In this document: one piece after another, positions 15,001 through 28,190 of the stretch
How positions within the stretch are numbered: the first letter of the stretch is position 1
How the letters are laid out: every line of letters starts with the position of its first letter
DNA from: Bugula neritina
Lineage: Eukaryota; Animalia; Bryozoa
Length of the DNA: 64,000 nt
Assembly: GCA_964035545.1 (NCBI GenBank)
Contig: OZ037768.1
Span: 17,839,700 to 17,903,699 of the forward strand
Direction of reading: 5' to 3'
Program-made: the position numbers and the translations under genes
The notes under the pieces: generated by a model
What the model was told of the DNA's origin: nothing
What the model saw: the letters and a program-made list of their open reading frames with translations, nothing else
Database searches by the model: none

Positions 15001-18000
15001 TGTTGAAAAGTCTTATAACACTATTGGTGTTAGTCAGATGAACCAAATTGAACTGTATGCAACTACTCCGTGGATTGTTTCTCTCTTAACTTTTGTTCAA
15101 GTTTCTTGTTAAATATTTTTGTATTAGTAAATGAATGCTTTGAATGCAATGGCTGACTGTGAAAAGCTATTGGTTTTCTATGCCTTTATTATATCTGCAA
15201 AATATTTTTATTAGAATTGCTGTTGCTGATTCAATTTTGATTATACAATCTGCATGACTTTGTCATTTTCACTCATTTGCTATTGGCTATCTTGTTCCAA
15301 TTGACTTGGTATTTGTTTTCAATTATTGAATAGTTTTAACATTTTAGTATGCTGATATTTTAGGAAAACAGGGTAAGATTCTTCAAGTAATATTTATAAT
15401 TAGTTCTACCCACAACTTTGTCCCTAATAAACACTGTCATTGGCTCAGGTGTTGTTTATTATTTGTAGTTTTGCATGCCTATATACGAACAGTTTCCAGT
15501 ATTGTAGATTCCTTCTAAGTAGTCACATATAAGTAGATTCTAATTTTTAGGCTTGAATGTAGGAGCACACCAGTACAGGTTGCTGATACTTTTCAGTACT
15601 CCCTATTTTTCTGGCATGAGCTAAAACTTGAACTATTTTACAATTATTTTACCTCATTTTCTACTTCAATATAACAAGAATAATAATTTTATTGGCAAAA
15701 ACATTTCTATGTAGATTGTTTAAAAAAGTCTGGTAATCTCTTAAAATATGTAAATTGGGTGTTTTTATTGAAAGATTTTCTGGCATTGATTTCCTATATA
15801 GACTACGGGCTTTGCAAGCTTTGAGCTGGTGTATAAACATGGAATATTAACTAATTTGTTTCAGGATCCACTGATACCAGAGGAGCACCGGGATGGTATT
15901 ATAGCACACATTGTCACGGTCCACCAATCTGTTGGAGAGTATAGCAAGGTGTTCCTGCAGAAGTTACGTAGAGCCAATTTTGTTACACCAAAGAACTATT
16001 TGGACTTCATTAATGTCTACACCAAACTGTTGAAAGAGAAAGATGAATACGTTCAACACCAGGTCAGTTTCTATACTTATTTCTATACTTTAAAGAAAAT
16101 ATTGTAACGCTATCATAGTGTTGGAAGATATTCTTATATTGAAACCCAATTTTTAATATACATTTCTTTTTACAATGGCTTATTTTATCTGTGTAAGCAT
16201 ATAATCACCCATTTCACTTTTTATCAATAAGTTTGATGAGATCAGTAAAAAGAAAAACTCTTGACATTGGATTATGTGTATAAAACGATTAAAAGATTGT
16301 GTGAACTGTTCAAGAGACATGTTTTGATTAATTAGCTACTTTTACTGTAGTGTGACCGTCTGGCTGGGGGTTTGACTAAGATTGCTGAAGCTCAAGTACA
16401 GCTGGATGACCTGAACAAGAAGCTGGCGATTCAGAAAGTTGCTGTCACTGAGAAGACTGCTGCCTGTGAGTCTATGTTGGAAACCATTGCGGAAGGTTCC
16501 AAGAGAGCGACTGAAAAGAAAGAGTTGGCCGTAGCTAAAGGCGCTGAAATAGAAGAGCAGTCAAAGATCATTGTCGTGGAGAAGGTAACATTCACCTTTT
16601 AGATCTTTGTTATTTATGTGGTTATATCTTGTTAACACACCAAACTAGTATCTTGCTGTATAAATAAACACCTCAATTGAATGTGCAAACGCTGGTGTCA
16701 TATATTTAAATGTTAAACGCATTTTACCCAATATCAGCAGTCATTTTGTTTTGTATCTTTTAAACATTTTAACTCAGGGTTGTTTTTTAGAGCGTATATT
16801 TGAACTGGTAACATGAAATTTTGGCATCGAAAATAAAAAACTTGCATGTTGTTATATTAGAACTGGCAGCACTAAATTGGTTGGCTTTGAAATTTCTTAA
16901 CAAAATGTTTTTTACAGCAAACCTGTAAGTTAGATAACACAGTCTGCAGCATAAGAAGCATTAGTTTTTTCCTAGTTTTTGCGTTATGGTTTGGTTTGGT
17001 TGTAGAAAGAGGCAGAGGATGCCTTGGCAGAAGCATTGCCTGCCCTTGAGGCAGCTAGACTAGCTCTGGACGACTTAGACAAAGGTGATGTCACTGAGAT
17101 TCGTTCTTTTGCCAAGCCGCCAAAACCAGTGCAGATTGTGTGCGAGTGTATTGTTGTGATGAGAGGTATCAAAGAAGTGAGTTGGAAATCTGCCAAAGGT
17201 ATGATGTCGGAAGCCAACTTTTTAAAGTCTCTGACAGAAATGGACGTGGACGGCATTACTCAAAAGCAAGTCTCCACTGTCAAAGGTATTCTTGTTTAAT
17301 TGTCCATTCTGTAGTTGTTCTATAGCATATTTCAGTTTAGTATTTGTATTTTTTTATTTAAATTATTATTCTGCTTCATATTATTCTTTTAATTTGTTAA
17401 GTTATGTTATTGTTAATTTATGTTTCTGCTGGCTAAGATAAGTATTCTACTTACGCATCAATTTACTGCCAGGTTTCTTGAGAGACGGAGATATAGATAT
17501 AGAAGAGATGAAGAAAGTCAGTCGAGCTGGAGCTGGTCTGCTCAAGTTTGTGGAAGCTGTTATGGGATACTGCTCTGTGGCCAGGGAGATTAAACCCAAA
17601 CGAGAAAAAGTGGCCAGGTATAAACTTAGACAGTTTCTGCTATTCTAATTATAGTAAAACACCAGAGCAAGCATTTAAACACAACTTTAGTAAGAGATAA
17701 AATTGGAAAAATCATCATTATGGCATTCTGTTTATACAAATTATCTACAGCTGCTTGTAAGCTCATAGAAGTCTGAAAAATTTATTGTTTTGCTGTGAGT
17801 GATAGAGACCTTTGCAGTGAGACTTTGTATACAGCGTGTTGCTGATCATTGCTATATTCTCATTTCTCAACTCTCTGATGTTAGACTGGAAAGAGTGTAC
17901 AACCAGGCTAAGAGGGATTTAGAGAAAATCACAAATGAAGTAAATCGACTCGAGGCTGAGCTTGCCGATCTGAGCAATAAGTATGAACAAGCAATGGCTG

Positions 18001-21000
18001 AGAAGCAGCAGCTACAGGAAGAGGCGGAGATTATGGAACGTCGCCTTATCGCGGCTGATAAGCTGATTGGTGGTTTGGGCTCTGAGCGAGACAGGTAAGT
18101 GTAAAATATTTGCCTCTGCTGGGATTTGAACCGCAGACTTCCAGCTTGCGAGCTGGCGTGCTATCTATTACACCGTGGGGCTACATAGTAATCTTAACAT
18201 TACAGTTAGGCAACTTATTCTGTACTCCAGGTTTTGTCTTACAAGTCAGAACTGTCTTTCAAATTTTTGATCTATATTATAATCAATTGTTTTACCATAT
18301 TATAGATGGCAGCAGGATTTAGAAAAGTTGAAGAATTACAGATCTAAGCTCGTTGGTGACTGCCTAATTGGCGCCGGGTTCTTGTGCTATGTCGGAGCAT
18401 TCTCCTGGGAGTTCCGATACAACTTGGTCTACACTGATTGGCTGGAAAATGTGAAGAACCGAGGGATACCTTGCAGTGATCCGTATAAGCTGGAAGAATT
18501 ACTTACCAATGATGTGGAAGTCAGCAAGTAAGAATAATCCTATATTCTCAGTATACCATATTAGTAAATCTGCTATTGTTAATTCACACATTTGTTGACA
18601 CTATAATGCTATAATGTGTTACCGTAACGTATTGCTAAAAAGTGACACTGTACTATTTTGTTGGGTTAGTATATTCAATACGTTTATTAACACTATTTCT
18701 GCTGTGAAACTGTCTTACCATTCTCGTATGAATAAGCTATGATGTTTTGTACTCTTAACTTTGTGTTTTACTGGGTATTAAAGTTATATTTTATAAACAA
18801 TTTAGATGGACGTCTGAGGGTCTTCCACCAGATGAGCTGTCCGTACAGAACGGTATTCTCACTGTCAACGCCAGCCGATTCCCACTGTGTATCGACCCCC
18901 AGCAGCAAGCCATCAACTGGATTCGCAAAAAGGAAGAACCTAACAATTTGAAAATTTCCAACTTCAACGAGCCAGACTTTTTGAAACAACTTGAGATGGC
19001 AATTAAATATGGTTTCCCTTTCCTGTTCAAAGATGTTGATGAATATATTGATCCTGTCATTGACAACATATTGGAAAAGAATGTTAAAGGTTTGTTTTGT
19101 ACATATACTTTTTATATTGATGCGTGAAAAGTTATGTTTTATATAATTATGCACAAAATTGATATTTCCTCAACACATTGAAAGCTTTTTTGTGTCTTTA
19201 AATGTTCTGCAAAATCTTAATATCTGGTTTCTGGATGAGCAGGTCAACAAGGCAGAGAGTTTGTGATGCTTGGTGATAAAGAGGTAGACTATGATCCTAA
19301 CTTCCGTCTGTATTTGACGACAAAGCTAGCCAATCCTAAGTACACGCCAGCTCACTTCGGCAAATCAATGGTTATAAACTACACCGTAACTCTCAAGGGA
19401 TTGGAAGACCAACTCTTGGCTGTTATTGTCAAGTATGAAAGAAAGGAACTTGAGGAGCAAAGAGAGCGTCTGATTCAAGAAACAAGGTAATTGGTGAAAA
19501 CGACACACTTTCTATTTGTCTGAATCATTTTGAATAAAAAAAATTGTGATGTGCTTTTAGATAGTGATTGTCATTGATATTATCATTAGGTAAACATTCG
19601 GCAAATTTCTTTAGAGGTAATTGTTTTTGAGTGTGATTTTTTTTACAGGAGTTGTTTATAAAATATATCAATATCAGTAATTTAATTTTGTTTCAAGTGT
19701 AAACAAGAAGCTGCTGAAAGACTTGGAAGATTCTTTGCTTAGAGAATTGGCCACCTCCACTGGTAATATGTTGGACAATACAGAACTTATTTCTACTCTA
19801 GAGGAAACCAAGACAAAAGCTGACGAGGTGAAGTTTGGGTGTCTATTATGTTGTGTCGATAATAATTTCTACAAACATGGTTAACAGTTTTAATTAAAAA
19901 ATCTAAGTCACTATTCCTAATTTTGTAGGTGTTTGAGAAACTTAGACTTGGAGCTAAAACTGCTGTGGAGATTGAGAAAATGAGAGATGGCTATCGTCCA
20001 GCAGCTAAAAGAGGAGCCATTTTGTTCTTTGTGTTGTCCGACTTGTCGACTATCAACACCATGTACCAGTACTCTCTGGCCTCGTATCTCGTTGTATTCA
20101 AGAGATCTCTCAAGAAGAGTATGCCCGACACAATTCTGCCTAAACGATTGAGAAACATCATGGATACTCTCACACACAATATTTACAACTTTGGTTGCAC
20201 TGGAATCTTTGAGAAACACAAGCTTCTTTTCTCATTCCAAATCGCCATCAAGCTGGAGCAGGATCTTGATCATGTGTCTCAGGAGGAGTTGGACTTCTTC
20301 ATTAAGGTAAACGTCTGCAGCACTCTGTAAACTATACTTTATGAACTAACTGTAAGTGAATTAGCATGTATTCTTGATGTTTAGGATGCTTATCTTGTCT
20401 TCCGCTATTTATCTGCAGGGTAACATTGCTCTTGAGAAGAGTAAGAGACAGAAACCATACGGCTGGGTGCCAGAGCAGGGCTGGGAAGATATGTTGCAGC
20501 TAACCACAGTGCTGCCAGATAAATTTGGTAGTCTTGTTGAAGATGTGGAGAAGAAGGTAAGAATGAGAATTGTGTGAAAATTGTTATAATTCAACAGCCT
20601 AAACATGCTCTGTATTTTCATCATTTGAAAAAAGAGAAAAAGCATTTGTTAGGATGAAAATGTTCTGTTAGTAGTTATGATTGCCTACTATTATGTAGTT
20701 TTTAATAATTGCATAATCAGCATTCACAAACATACTAAAGCAAAGTACACACACATGCACACACTTGGACACACATCTTTCTTATGGAAGGAATTTCTTT
20801 ATGACGGAAACATTAACCGTGTCTAATAAACCTCTGAAAGTACTGTTTTGTAGACCCATTTCTAGATATAGAGAATTTTTTTATTCATTATATATTTCTT
20901 TGTTTCAGGAGAAAGAATGGCATGAGTGGTTCAACTCTGATGCGCCAGAACTCCTGCCCTTCCCCATGGGGTATAGTGACAAGCTGAGTGACTTCCAGAA

Positions 21001-24000
21001 GTTGATGCTGCTGAGATGTTTCAGGGTGGACAGAATTTACAGAGCCGTAGAGCAGTACGTCACCATCTGTATGGGAGAGAAGTATGTGACTCCGCCCATT
21101 ATAAGGTGAGCTATGACATTGTTAGTACTTTCATTATAAGGTGGGCTATGGCATTGTTAGTATTTATACAGTAGAATGCTATGGAAAGTGCTTAGCATTA
21201 TCAAAAATGAGTTAGAATAAACTTATTGATAAAAACCATAAGATGAGTTCAGTACTTGGACGAGAGATTTTATTATCAAGTTTATTTATTTTTTTCCATA
21301 AAGCAGTCATTTCTGTATTGCATTGTAAAGTAAATACATGATTATATGTTTTTGCAAATTTTGAGATTTAGAATGAAAGGGGTTTGAGAAAACAGCGTAT
21401 TGAGACCCAAGGAAAAAGAGTAGGATAGTTAGATAAAAATGGTTTTGTCAAATTCCCTGCATTATGTTGTCGAGATAATATGTTAGCCTTGTGTTTTATG
21501 AACCTGTATTTATGCAATACTTTTTATAGCTTTGAAAACATCTTTGAGCAGAGTGCCTCAACCAACCCGATTGTGTTTATTCTGAGCCCAGGCTCTGATC
21601 CAGCCAGTGATTTGCTGAAATTGGCTGAAAGGTCAGGATTTGGTACTAACAAGGTCAAGTTTCTCTCAATGGGTCAAGGTCAGGAGAAGGTGAGAGCTCT
21701 AATCTCCCTGTATAACTCTGATCAGTAAATCGGTTGTAGTCGAATGTTAACTCAACTTTTTGTCTGCTAGTGTAGTACATCTGACAACTAAGTGTTTTGT
21801 GCTTTTGTAAATTTTATTATTAATTGGCTTAATTTAACAACACTTGTTGTGAAGTCTTTAGACTTTAATGCTTTCATCTTGTAAGTCAACTTTTGTTTGA
21901 ACTTGTTATTTTTACACTGTTAGTAGTTTTACACAAATATGTGTTTATATAAGTTTGCTGATGGCTATAGATGTCTATATAATTAATACTATCGAATAAA
22001 TGATATGTTTAGGCTGCCATGGCACTCCTGGAAACAGCCATTCAAAGAGGACAGTGGCTTATGTTACAAAACTGTCACTTGTTGGTTAAATGGCTCTTTG
22101 AACTGGAGAAGGAGATCGAGAAGCTGGTGAAGCCACATCCTGACTTCAGGTTATGGCTGACTACAGAACCTACCAATGCCTTCCCTATTGGCATTCTTCA
22201 ACAGTCTCTCAAGGTATGGTTGGTGATAAACACCTTTATTAAGCATGTACTGGTTTTTGCGTTGCCAAATATTACATTGTTATATATTTAAGTAAATATG
22301 TTCAATGAGAGTATGTTATGTATTGAAATGATCACTAAAGACTTCACTCAATCAAGGTGTGCTCAAGGCTACTGCTCTCACACGGGTTTATAGTCGCTAT
22401 CTCTATGAGAACCTCTGGTGGAAAAGGCTTTTTTTAAAACGAGCTAACGACTTATTCAAATGTAGCACAGGAGCAATTATGGCTGGATGCTCTTTCTAAC
22501 ATCACTGCAGGTGTTTGGACTTTAACCACTAACCTTGTGTTTGCTAGGCCAGCACTCTAACCACTATACCAACTTTACTCAAGGCTACTGATACTGTTAC
22601 CGATAAATAACTCTGTGAAGCTCACTGTTTGGCTCACTATTTCCAGGTTGTCACGGAACCACCGAATGGGCTGAAGTTGAACCTAAGAAACACTTACTTT
22701 AAGATACCTGCCGCAGGTCTGGTGGAGTGCAGCCACAGCTCTTTCTCTTCTCTGGTTTTTGTTCTGGCATTCTTCCATGCTGTTGTACAAGAGAGGAGGA
22801 AGTACGGCAAGATTGGCTGGAATGTATCATATGATTTCAATGAATCAGATTTCCAAGTAAGTGCTTTGCTTTTATTAGGAGAAAACATGTTCTTGTAAGT
22901 GTAAAGACATTTGGGCACCATTTTTACATAACTTTCAAATGACATACCCTTCAAAACCTATAGTGTAAGTAATTGCTCATGGGTGTTTTTCTACTTCTAT
23001 CCATCAAATTATTTAGTAATGTTCATCATCTGTTTGTAGGTATGCATGACGATATTACACACTTATCTGGAAAAAGCTAAACAACAAGGAGATACAAAGA
23101 TCCCATGGGCTTCTCTCAAATATCTGATTGGTGAAGTAAGCTGTAAAACTTTCTTCGTGATTCTTATGGCATGTTTAGAATAATTGCTGGTGTAGGAGAG
23201 AGAATTTGTCTAATATAACCTGACAAGTGCATATTATATCTGTGTTTAGGTGATGTACGGTGGCCGAGCTATTGACAACTTTGATCGCCGTATTCTCAAC
23301 ACCTACATGGATGAATACATGGGGGACTTCATATTCGACACTTTCCAGCCTTTCCACTTCTACTTCAATGAGGATGTGGATTACAGAATACCAGAACCTG
23401 GAATGAAAGACAAGTATACTGGTAGGTTAGCTGTCAGTGAAGTATAGTAGAATAGTCAGTCACAAGGACAATTATGTGACTTGTAGAGTTATTATGTAAC
23501 AACTTATAGCTCTAATGGGATGTCATCAACAAGTGGGCAAGATTTGTGTTGTCATAGCAAATTTTAAAGGGCGCCATAATGTAATTAGATTTTACTTACA
23601 GCAGTTTTCAACAAGCACTACAATTGAGTGATTTTTAGCTTCATTAAAACAAACTTCAGTAAGAATTTATTTTTTGTACCACCGAAGTCTTAACATTTGT
23701 GTAATTCTAATCAGTTTGGTTGTGTCCCTCTTGTTAGACCTGTATTGTGGCTGCTAGAAATGTAAAGTTAATGTACTCTTGGCTTCTCTGTGGAGTCATC
23801 TATCTTTTGGTTATATTTTTGGGTTTTTTATGACTAACATAAATACTAAATACTAAAAATGTCTGAAAGTGTAAAACTTGTAGAGGTAATTATGTTATCA
23901 TGTCTCATTATATCTTATATTGCTTTCTTTTGTGTGTAATAACGATACATGTTCCTCATGTCTAGGTACCCTGACTTCTAGAATGTCGTCTGTTGTCACA

Positions 24001-27000
24001 GGTTACTTCATTCCCATAACAAACCATGCTTCTCTTTACATTTTAGTAGATTGTGATTTTTCTCAAAGTTTTTAGGAAAAATAATTTGGACTATAATCTT
24101 TGCTGCATGTTAGAGAATCTATATTCAAATGGAGTTTTCAAATTATTGTTTTATAAAAATTAATATCGCAATAAATTAAGTACATGCATTCGTAAGTTAT
24201 AGTCCAAATTATTTGTACCCTTTATCCAGAAATGATTTGTATTCTAAATCCTTCAAATAATGACTAGTTAATTGCATGAACTATTTAGATTAGAGGTTTG
24301 CAATACGTTGATTGTTGTAGTTAATGCTGTTATGTTCCCATATAGTAGTGTAGTTAGAGAGCAACCTCTTCTGGTTATATTCTTCTAATGTCCCTTACAT
24401 CCCCTTAGCAGGTGCATGTGACGGCCTATCACATTGGTCTCATTCCATTTCTTAAGTTAGCTTGGAAAATTGTTCGCAAAACAAAGTAGCTTTTACCCCG
24501 TATAATATTATATTCTTCATTGATGTTTAATATTGCTTTTCCATTTGTACTATATATAGCTACTCTAACAAATTCACCTGAGCAGCAATATAAGCAAGTG
24601 TTCTCAGGTAAATTTATCGTGTCATCAGGAAATGGTAATGTTGCTGTCTGGCATTTGTTTCTATACCCACACACCTCCCAATCTGTTTTTGTTAGACTAA
24701 TACACACTATAGTTCTAGCATTCCTTTCTAGTAGGCTAGACATACTGGCCTGGAGTGCTTCATACTTGCATGCATCTATACTGAAACATATAATACATTC
24801 TTCTAGCAGAGAAATTCTGAGATGTTTAATAATTTCTCCTCTGTACCAACAACATTTAATATGTCATGTTTATTACTAATATACGGTTCGATGCAGTTTT
24901 CTTTGTTTCATAATAATTTGTTATATTTTTATGATTTTATTTTTCTGAATGATATATAATTTTTTTCTATTATAAACTTAGTTGACTGCAATTTAAAGCA
25001 TTTGAACAAAACATTACAATATATTATATTACAATAGATTATATTATGAGTTATTAAGTTACATTATATTATATTGTATCGTATTATATTGTATAGATTA
25101 CATTGAGTCGCTGCCGTTAGCCAACACACCAGAAGTGTTTGGTCTTCACCCAAATGCCGAGATTGGCTACTACACTACTGCTGCCAGAGATATCTGGACT
25201 CACCTGATAGAGCTGCAACCTCAGACAGGTGTGTCACACACCTTGTGTCACCTTGCACTTTGTTATATTAATTGATAGTTACAGCTACTTGGTATATAAA
25301 TATAACTATCACAAGATAGATTTCTTGATAAAGAAAAATAAGTTTGTGTTTAAATTGCGATACATTAAATAAAGTGAGACCCTTGGAGTCAATTTATGTA
25401 TTCTACACTAGAGAATATATTTTATATTTTTAAAAATACTATCTTGTTTAAAAGTAGTAAATCTGGTGTTATGTTATGTAGACAATTTTTGTGATTTTGT
25501 AAAAGTTCTCAAAACTACTAATCATTTTAAATTACTATTGCTATTACATGTATGTAAACAGCCTATCAAAATATCGCTTTTGTAGGCATTTTTTGTGAAA
25601 GTTCAGTTTTAGCACTAATGTAATATGTTATTATGATATGCATATATCTGTTGTGTAATTAGCTGTTGCAAAAATCAAGTGCACGCTTTGAACCGACTTC
25701 AAATAACTGTAGGAGATTCTGGTGGTGGAATCAGTCGAGACGACTTCATCGATAAAGTTGCCAATGGAATACTGGGTAAACTACCACCAGAGTACGACAT
25801 GGATATAATACGCAAGAACTTTGGAATACAGATCAGTCCTACCACTGTGGTTTTACTTCAGGAGCTCGAGAGGTTCAACAGGCTTATAAAGAAAATGCGT
25901 ACTTCACTTTCTACACTTAGAAGAGTGAGTCAGTGCTTTTATTGTGTCTTCTTTTACTCTGCAATGAGTCAAGTGTTTAATTAATTATAAAACTTTCATA
26001 TTCAATTTCTTTTTATTTTGATGTTAGTTTAATTTATTCAAGTTATCAATATTAAGATTTAGTTCAAGTTTATTGGCTGTAAACTACACATAGTTGCCTT
26101 TCTGTACAGGCACTAGCTGGAGAAGTAGGGATGTCAAATGAACTCGAAGACATTGCACGTTGTTTGTTCAATGGCCAAATTCCTAGTGGTTGGCGCCGCC
26201 TTGCTCCAGATACTCTCAAGAACTTGGGCAACTGGATACTGCACTTCAATGACCGTCTCAGCCAGTACAATGTTTGGGTAATAAAATGTTAACTTTAATT
26301 GTTCATAAGTATCAATATTACTGCAGTATGTGATATTGTACAATGCAAAGAGACGCACTATGTATATAATGGTGGTAGAAGAAGTCGAATTAATTTAGAT
26401 GGAAGGTTTTATATAATAATTGATATGTTTCATGCAAACGTCATAGTAATATTTATGCTTCATCGTTACTATATTTATGCTACCTATCTGTTTACCTGTA
26501 GCATGTGATAAGCCAATACATATTTTATAGGTCAATGAGGCAGAGCCTAATGTGATGTGGTTATCTGGTCTCCATATACCCGAGTCTTACCTCACAGCTT
26601 TGGTTCAGGCAACTTGCCGTAAGAATGGCTGGCCACTGGACAAGTCTACGTTGTACACCACAGTGACCGATTACGCTGAAGCGGATGACGTAACAGAGCG
26701 AGCTCATCAAGGTAATATGTAGTAGGGTGTAGTTAGTCTAATGTGTCACACAGTAAATACAACAATGTTGTGATTTGGTATGGCTGTATATTGTGTGCCT
26801 TCATGCAGTTCTAAAGTCTGTTAAAGGAAATTTTAGTAAATAGATTAAGTGATAAGTACGAGAACTTAAAGTGACTGATGTAATAATGTTGAAAATAATA
26901 TATTTAATATATATTTGTTGTAGTTTGGTAAGCATTTAAGTAGTTTTCTGTTGCCTACCAAGCATACACTCTTTAAATTAAGACTTTTATTGAAAAATAA

Positions 27001-27357
27001 CAATATCTGTAATGTTTGTAACGATGATGTCATGCTTTCATTGTGTCATTCTAAATGTTTGCAGGTTGCTTTGTGTCCGGCCTATACTTGGAGGGAGCTG
27101 GCTGGGACAGAGAGAAAGGACATCTGGTGAAGCAGAAACCCAAGCAGCTGGTTCAGGATTTGCCTATTTTGAAGGTTATTCCTATTGAAGCTCACCGCCT
27201 CAAACTGCAAAACACCTTCCGGACTCCGGTATATGTGACTTCAGCCAGGAGAAATGCTATGGGCGTTGGTTTGGTGTTTGAAGCTGACTTGTCTACCACT
27301 GAGCACCTGTCCCACTGGGTTCTCCAAGGTGTCTGTCTTACACTGAACACAGACTAG
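76..27357 (+). CDS. DNAH10: Axonemal dynein heavy chain, DNAH10-like (inner arm I1/f alpha). 5'-incomplete, about 54 GT-AG exons, stop TAG at 27355-27357.
   Basis: Exon ORFs join in frame across GT-AG junctions through the tail/linker ([18 protein letters not shown]), P-loops [24 protein letters not shown] and GVGGSGKQ, the stalk/MTBD (EIRSFAKPP) and the C-terminus ([14 protein letters not shown]). [20 protein letters not shown] and the GTSK-type AAA3 loop match DNAH10 as I recall it. Confidence 0.93.
11251..11453 (+). mobile_element. tRNA-derived SINE, family A (intronic)
   Basis: A-box TGGTCTAGGGGTTAG and B-box GGTTCAAGCCC. Body GTTAGGAAGCGCATCCAGTCGTAATTGCTCCTGTGC is shared with three other copies in the window. 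Confidence 0.8.
13747..13773 (+). other. Candidate 27-nt cassette microexon of the dynein gene ([10 protein letters not shown])
   Basis: tatgttag|ACATATTCAGTGTGCTTGAAAAGCAGC|gtaagt. Consensus donor, no stop in the phase-1 frame, TGCATG at 13799. Confidence 0.5.
15364..15372 (+). other. Candidate 9-nt microexon (ENR) of the dynein gene
   Basis: tgctgatattttag|GAAAACAGG|gtaaga in a phase-0 intron. TGCATG at 15251 and 15472. Confidence 0.5.
18111..18182 (-). pseudogene. tRNA-like sequence (Ala-like anticodon loop); tRNA pseudogene or SINE head, family B
   Basis: Reverse complement has CGGTGTAATAGATAGCAC, a CCAGC/GCTGG stem around TCGCAA, and GGTTCAAATCCC. Stems are imperfect. Related to the copy at 41936. 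Confidence 0.55.
22385..22572 (-). mobile_element. tRNA-derived SINE, family A (intronic, antisense)
   Basis: GCACAGGAGCAATTATGGCTGGATGCTCTTTCTAACATCAC is the reverse complement of the family body, followed by a tRNA-like head (CACTCTAACCACTATACCA). Confidence 0.75.
24560..24607 (+). other. Candidate 48-nt cassette exon ([16 protein letters not shown]) of the dynein gene
   Basis: ttttccatttgtactatatatag|CT...TCAG|gtaaat. Open in the phase-1 frame, length divisible by 3. Confidence 0.45.
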
Positions 27358-28115
27358 GTGTCAGCTGGTAAGATTAGGTGTCAACTGGTAGACGTACAGC
27401 AGATGTAAAACAATTACTTAGTGAGTTGATTTTAGGCAACATTTTAAAACTCTGATATGAATTCTTAAATAACTAGAGTGTTTGTCTAAATTGTGTTTGA
27501 TTGTGTTTACTATTATATTGATTTCATTTATAAATTTTTATTTTCACTGGTTAAATTCCGTCCCTAAATTTGTATGTCTCCGAATTTTTATTGTTATTGG
27601 ATCACAATCATACTATCTATTATTTATTAGTTTTTACCATTTAAACTCCGTCCACGAGTTTGGTATGTAATTTTGTTTTGATGTTTTACTGCTGTTTACA
27701 GTGTTTTACTTCAATTCAATCAAGCAACTTCTGTGATAAAATCATAACTTACATCTTTCTAAAATGTATTTTGTGAATGTAATATATATTATATTTTGAT
27801 TTTGATTGAGTGCTTTTGCATGTGTTGTGGCAGATGTTTATTTTATAAATATACTTATTGATTTAATATTTTGTGTGTTTTATTCATTTATAGAAATATA
27901 AAGCATGTCTTGTCTCTATTAGAAAAATGCTATTGCTTTGCTAAATTAAAATGATCGAAAATTAACAATAATTTCTTTTCAGTCATAGTTGGCAGCTACA
28001 AATATAATATTAGGTAAAGTAATATGAAATAACTAAAAAGCTCTACGTTTTCAGTCATTGGGGCCCCATGTATGTTTTAATAAAGTATAACTGCACATTA
28101 TAACCTTCGAAATAC

Positions 28116-28120
<5 letters not shown>

Positions 28121-28188
<68 letters not shown>
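28121..28188. repeat. (TA)n microsatellite
   Basis: Perfect TA run, left flank of the 10-kb element. Confidence 0.99.

Positions 28189-28190
<2 letters not shown>

Noticed and set aside
15034-15578. Other AG...GT pairs in the 14876-15864 intron (near 15034 and 15551-15578)
   Set aside because: They contain in-frame stops or are not multiples of 3.
18111-18182. Functional tRNA-Ala gene (also 41936-42008)
   Set aside because: Mismatched acceptor/T stems and irregular anticodon arms; treated as pseudogene or SINE heads.
64-26358. Numerous minus-strand ORFs overlapping dynein exons
   Set aside because: Antisense shadows of coding exons, with no independent domain or splice evidence.
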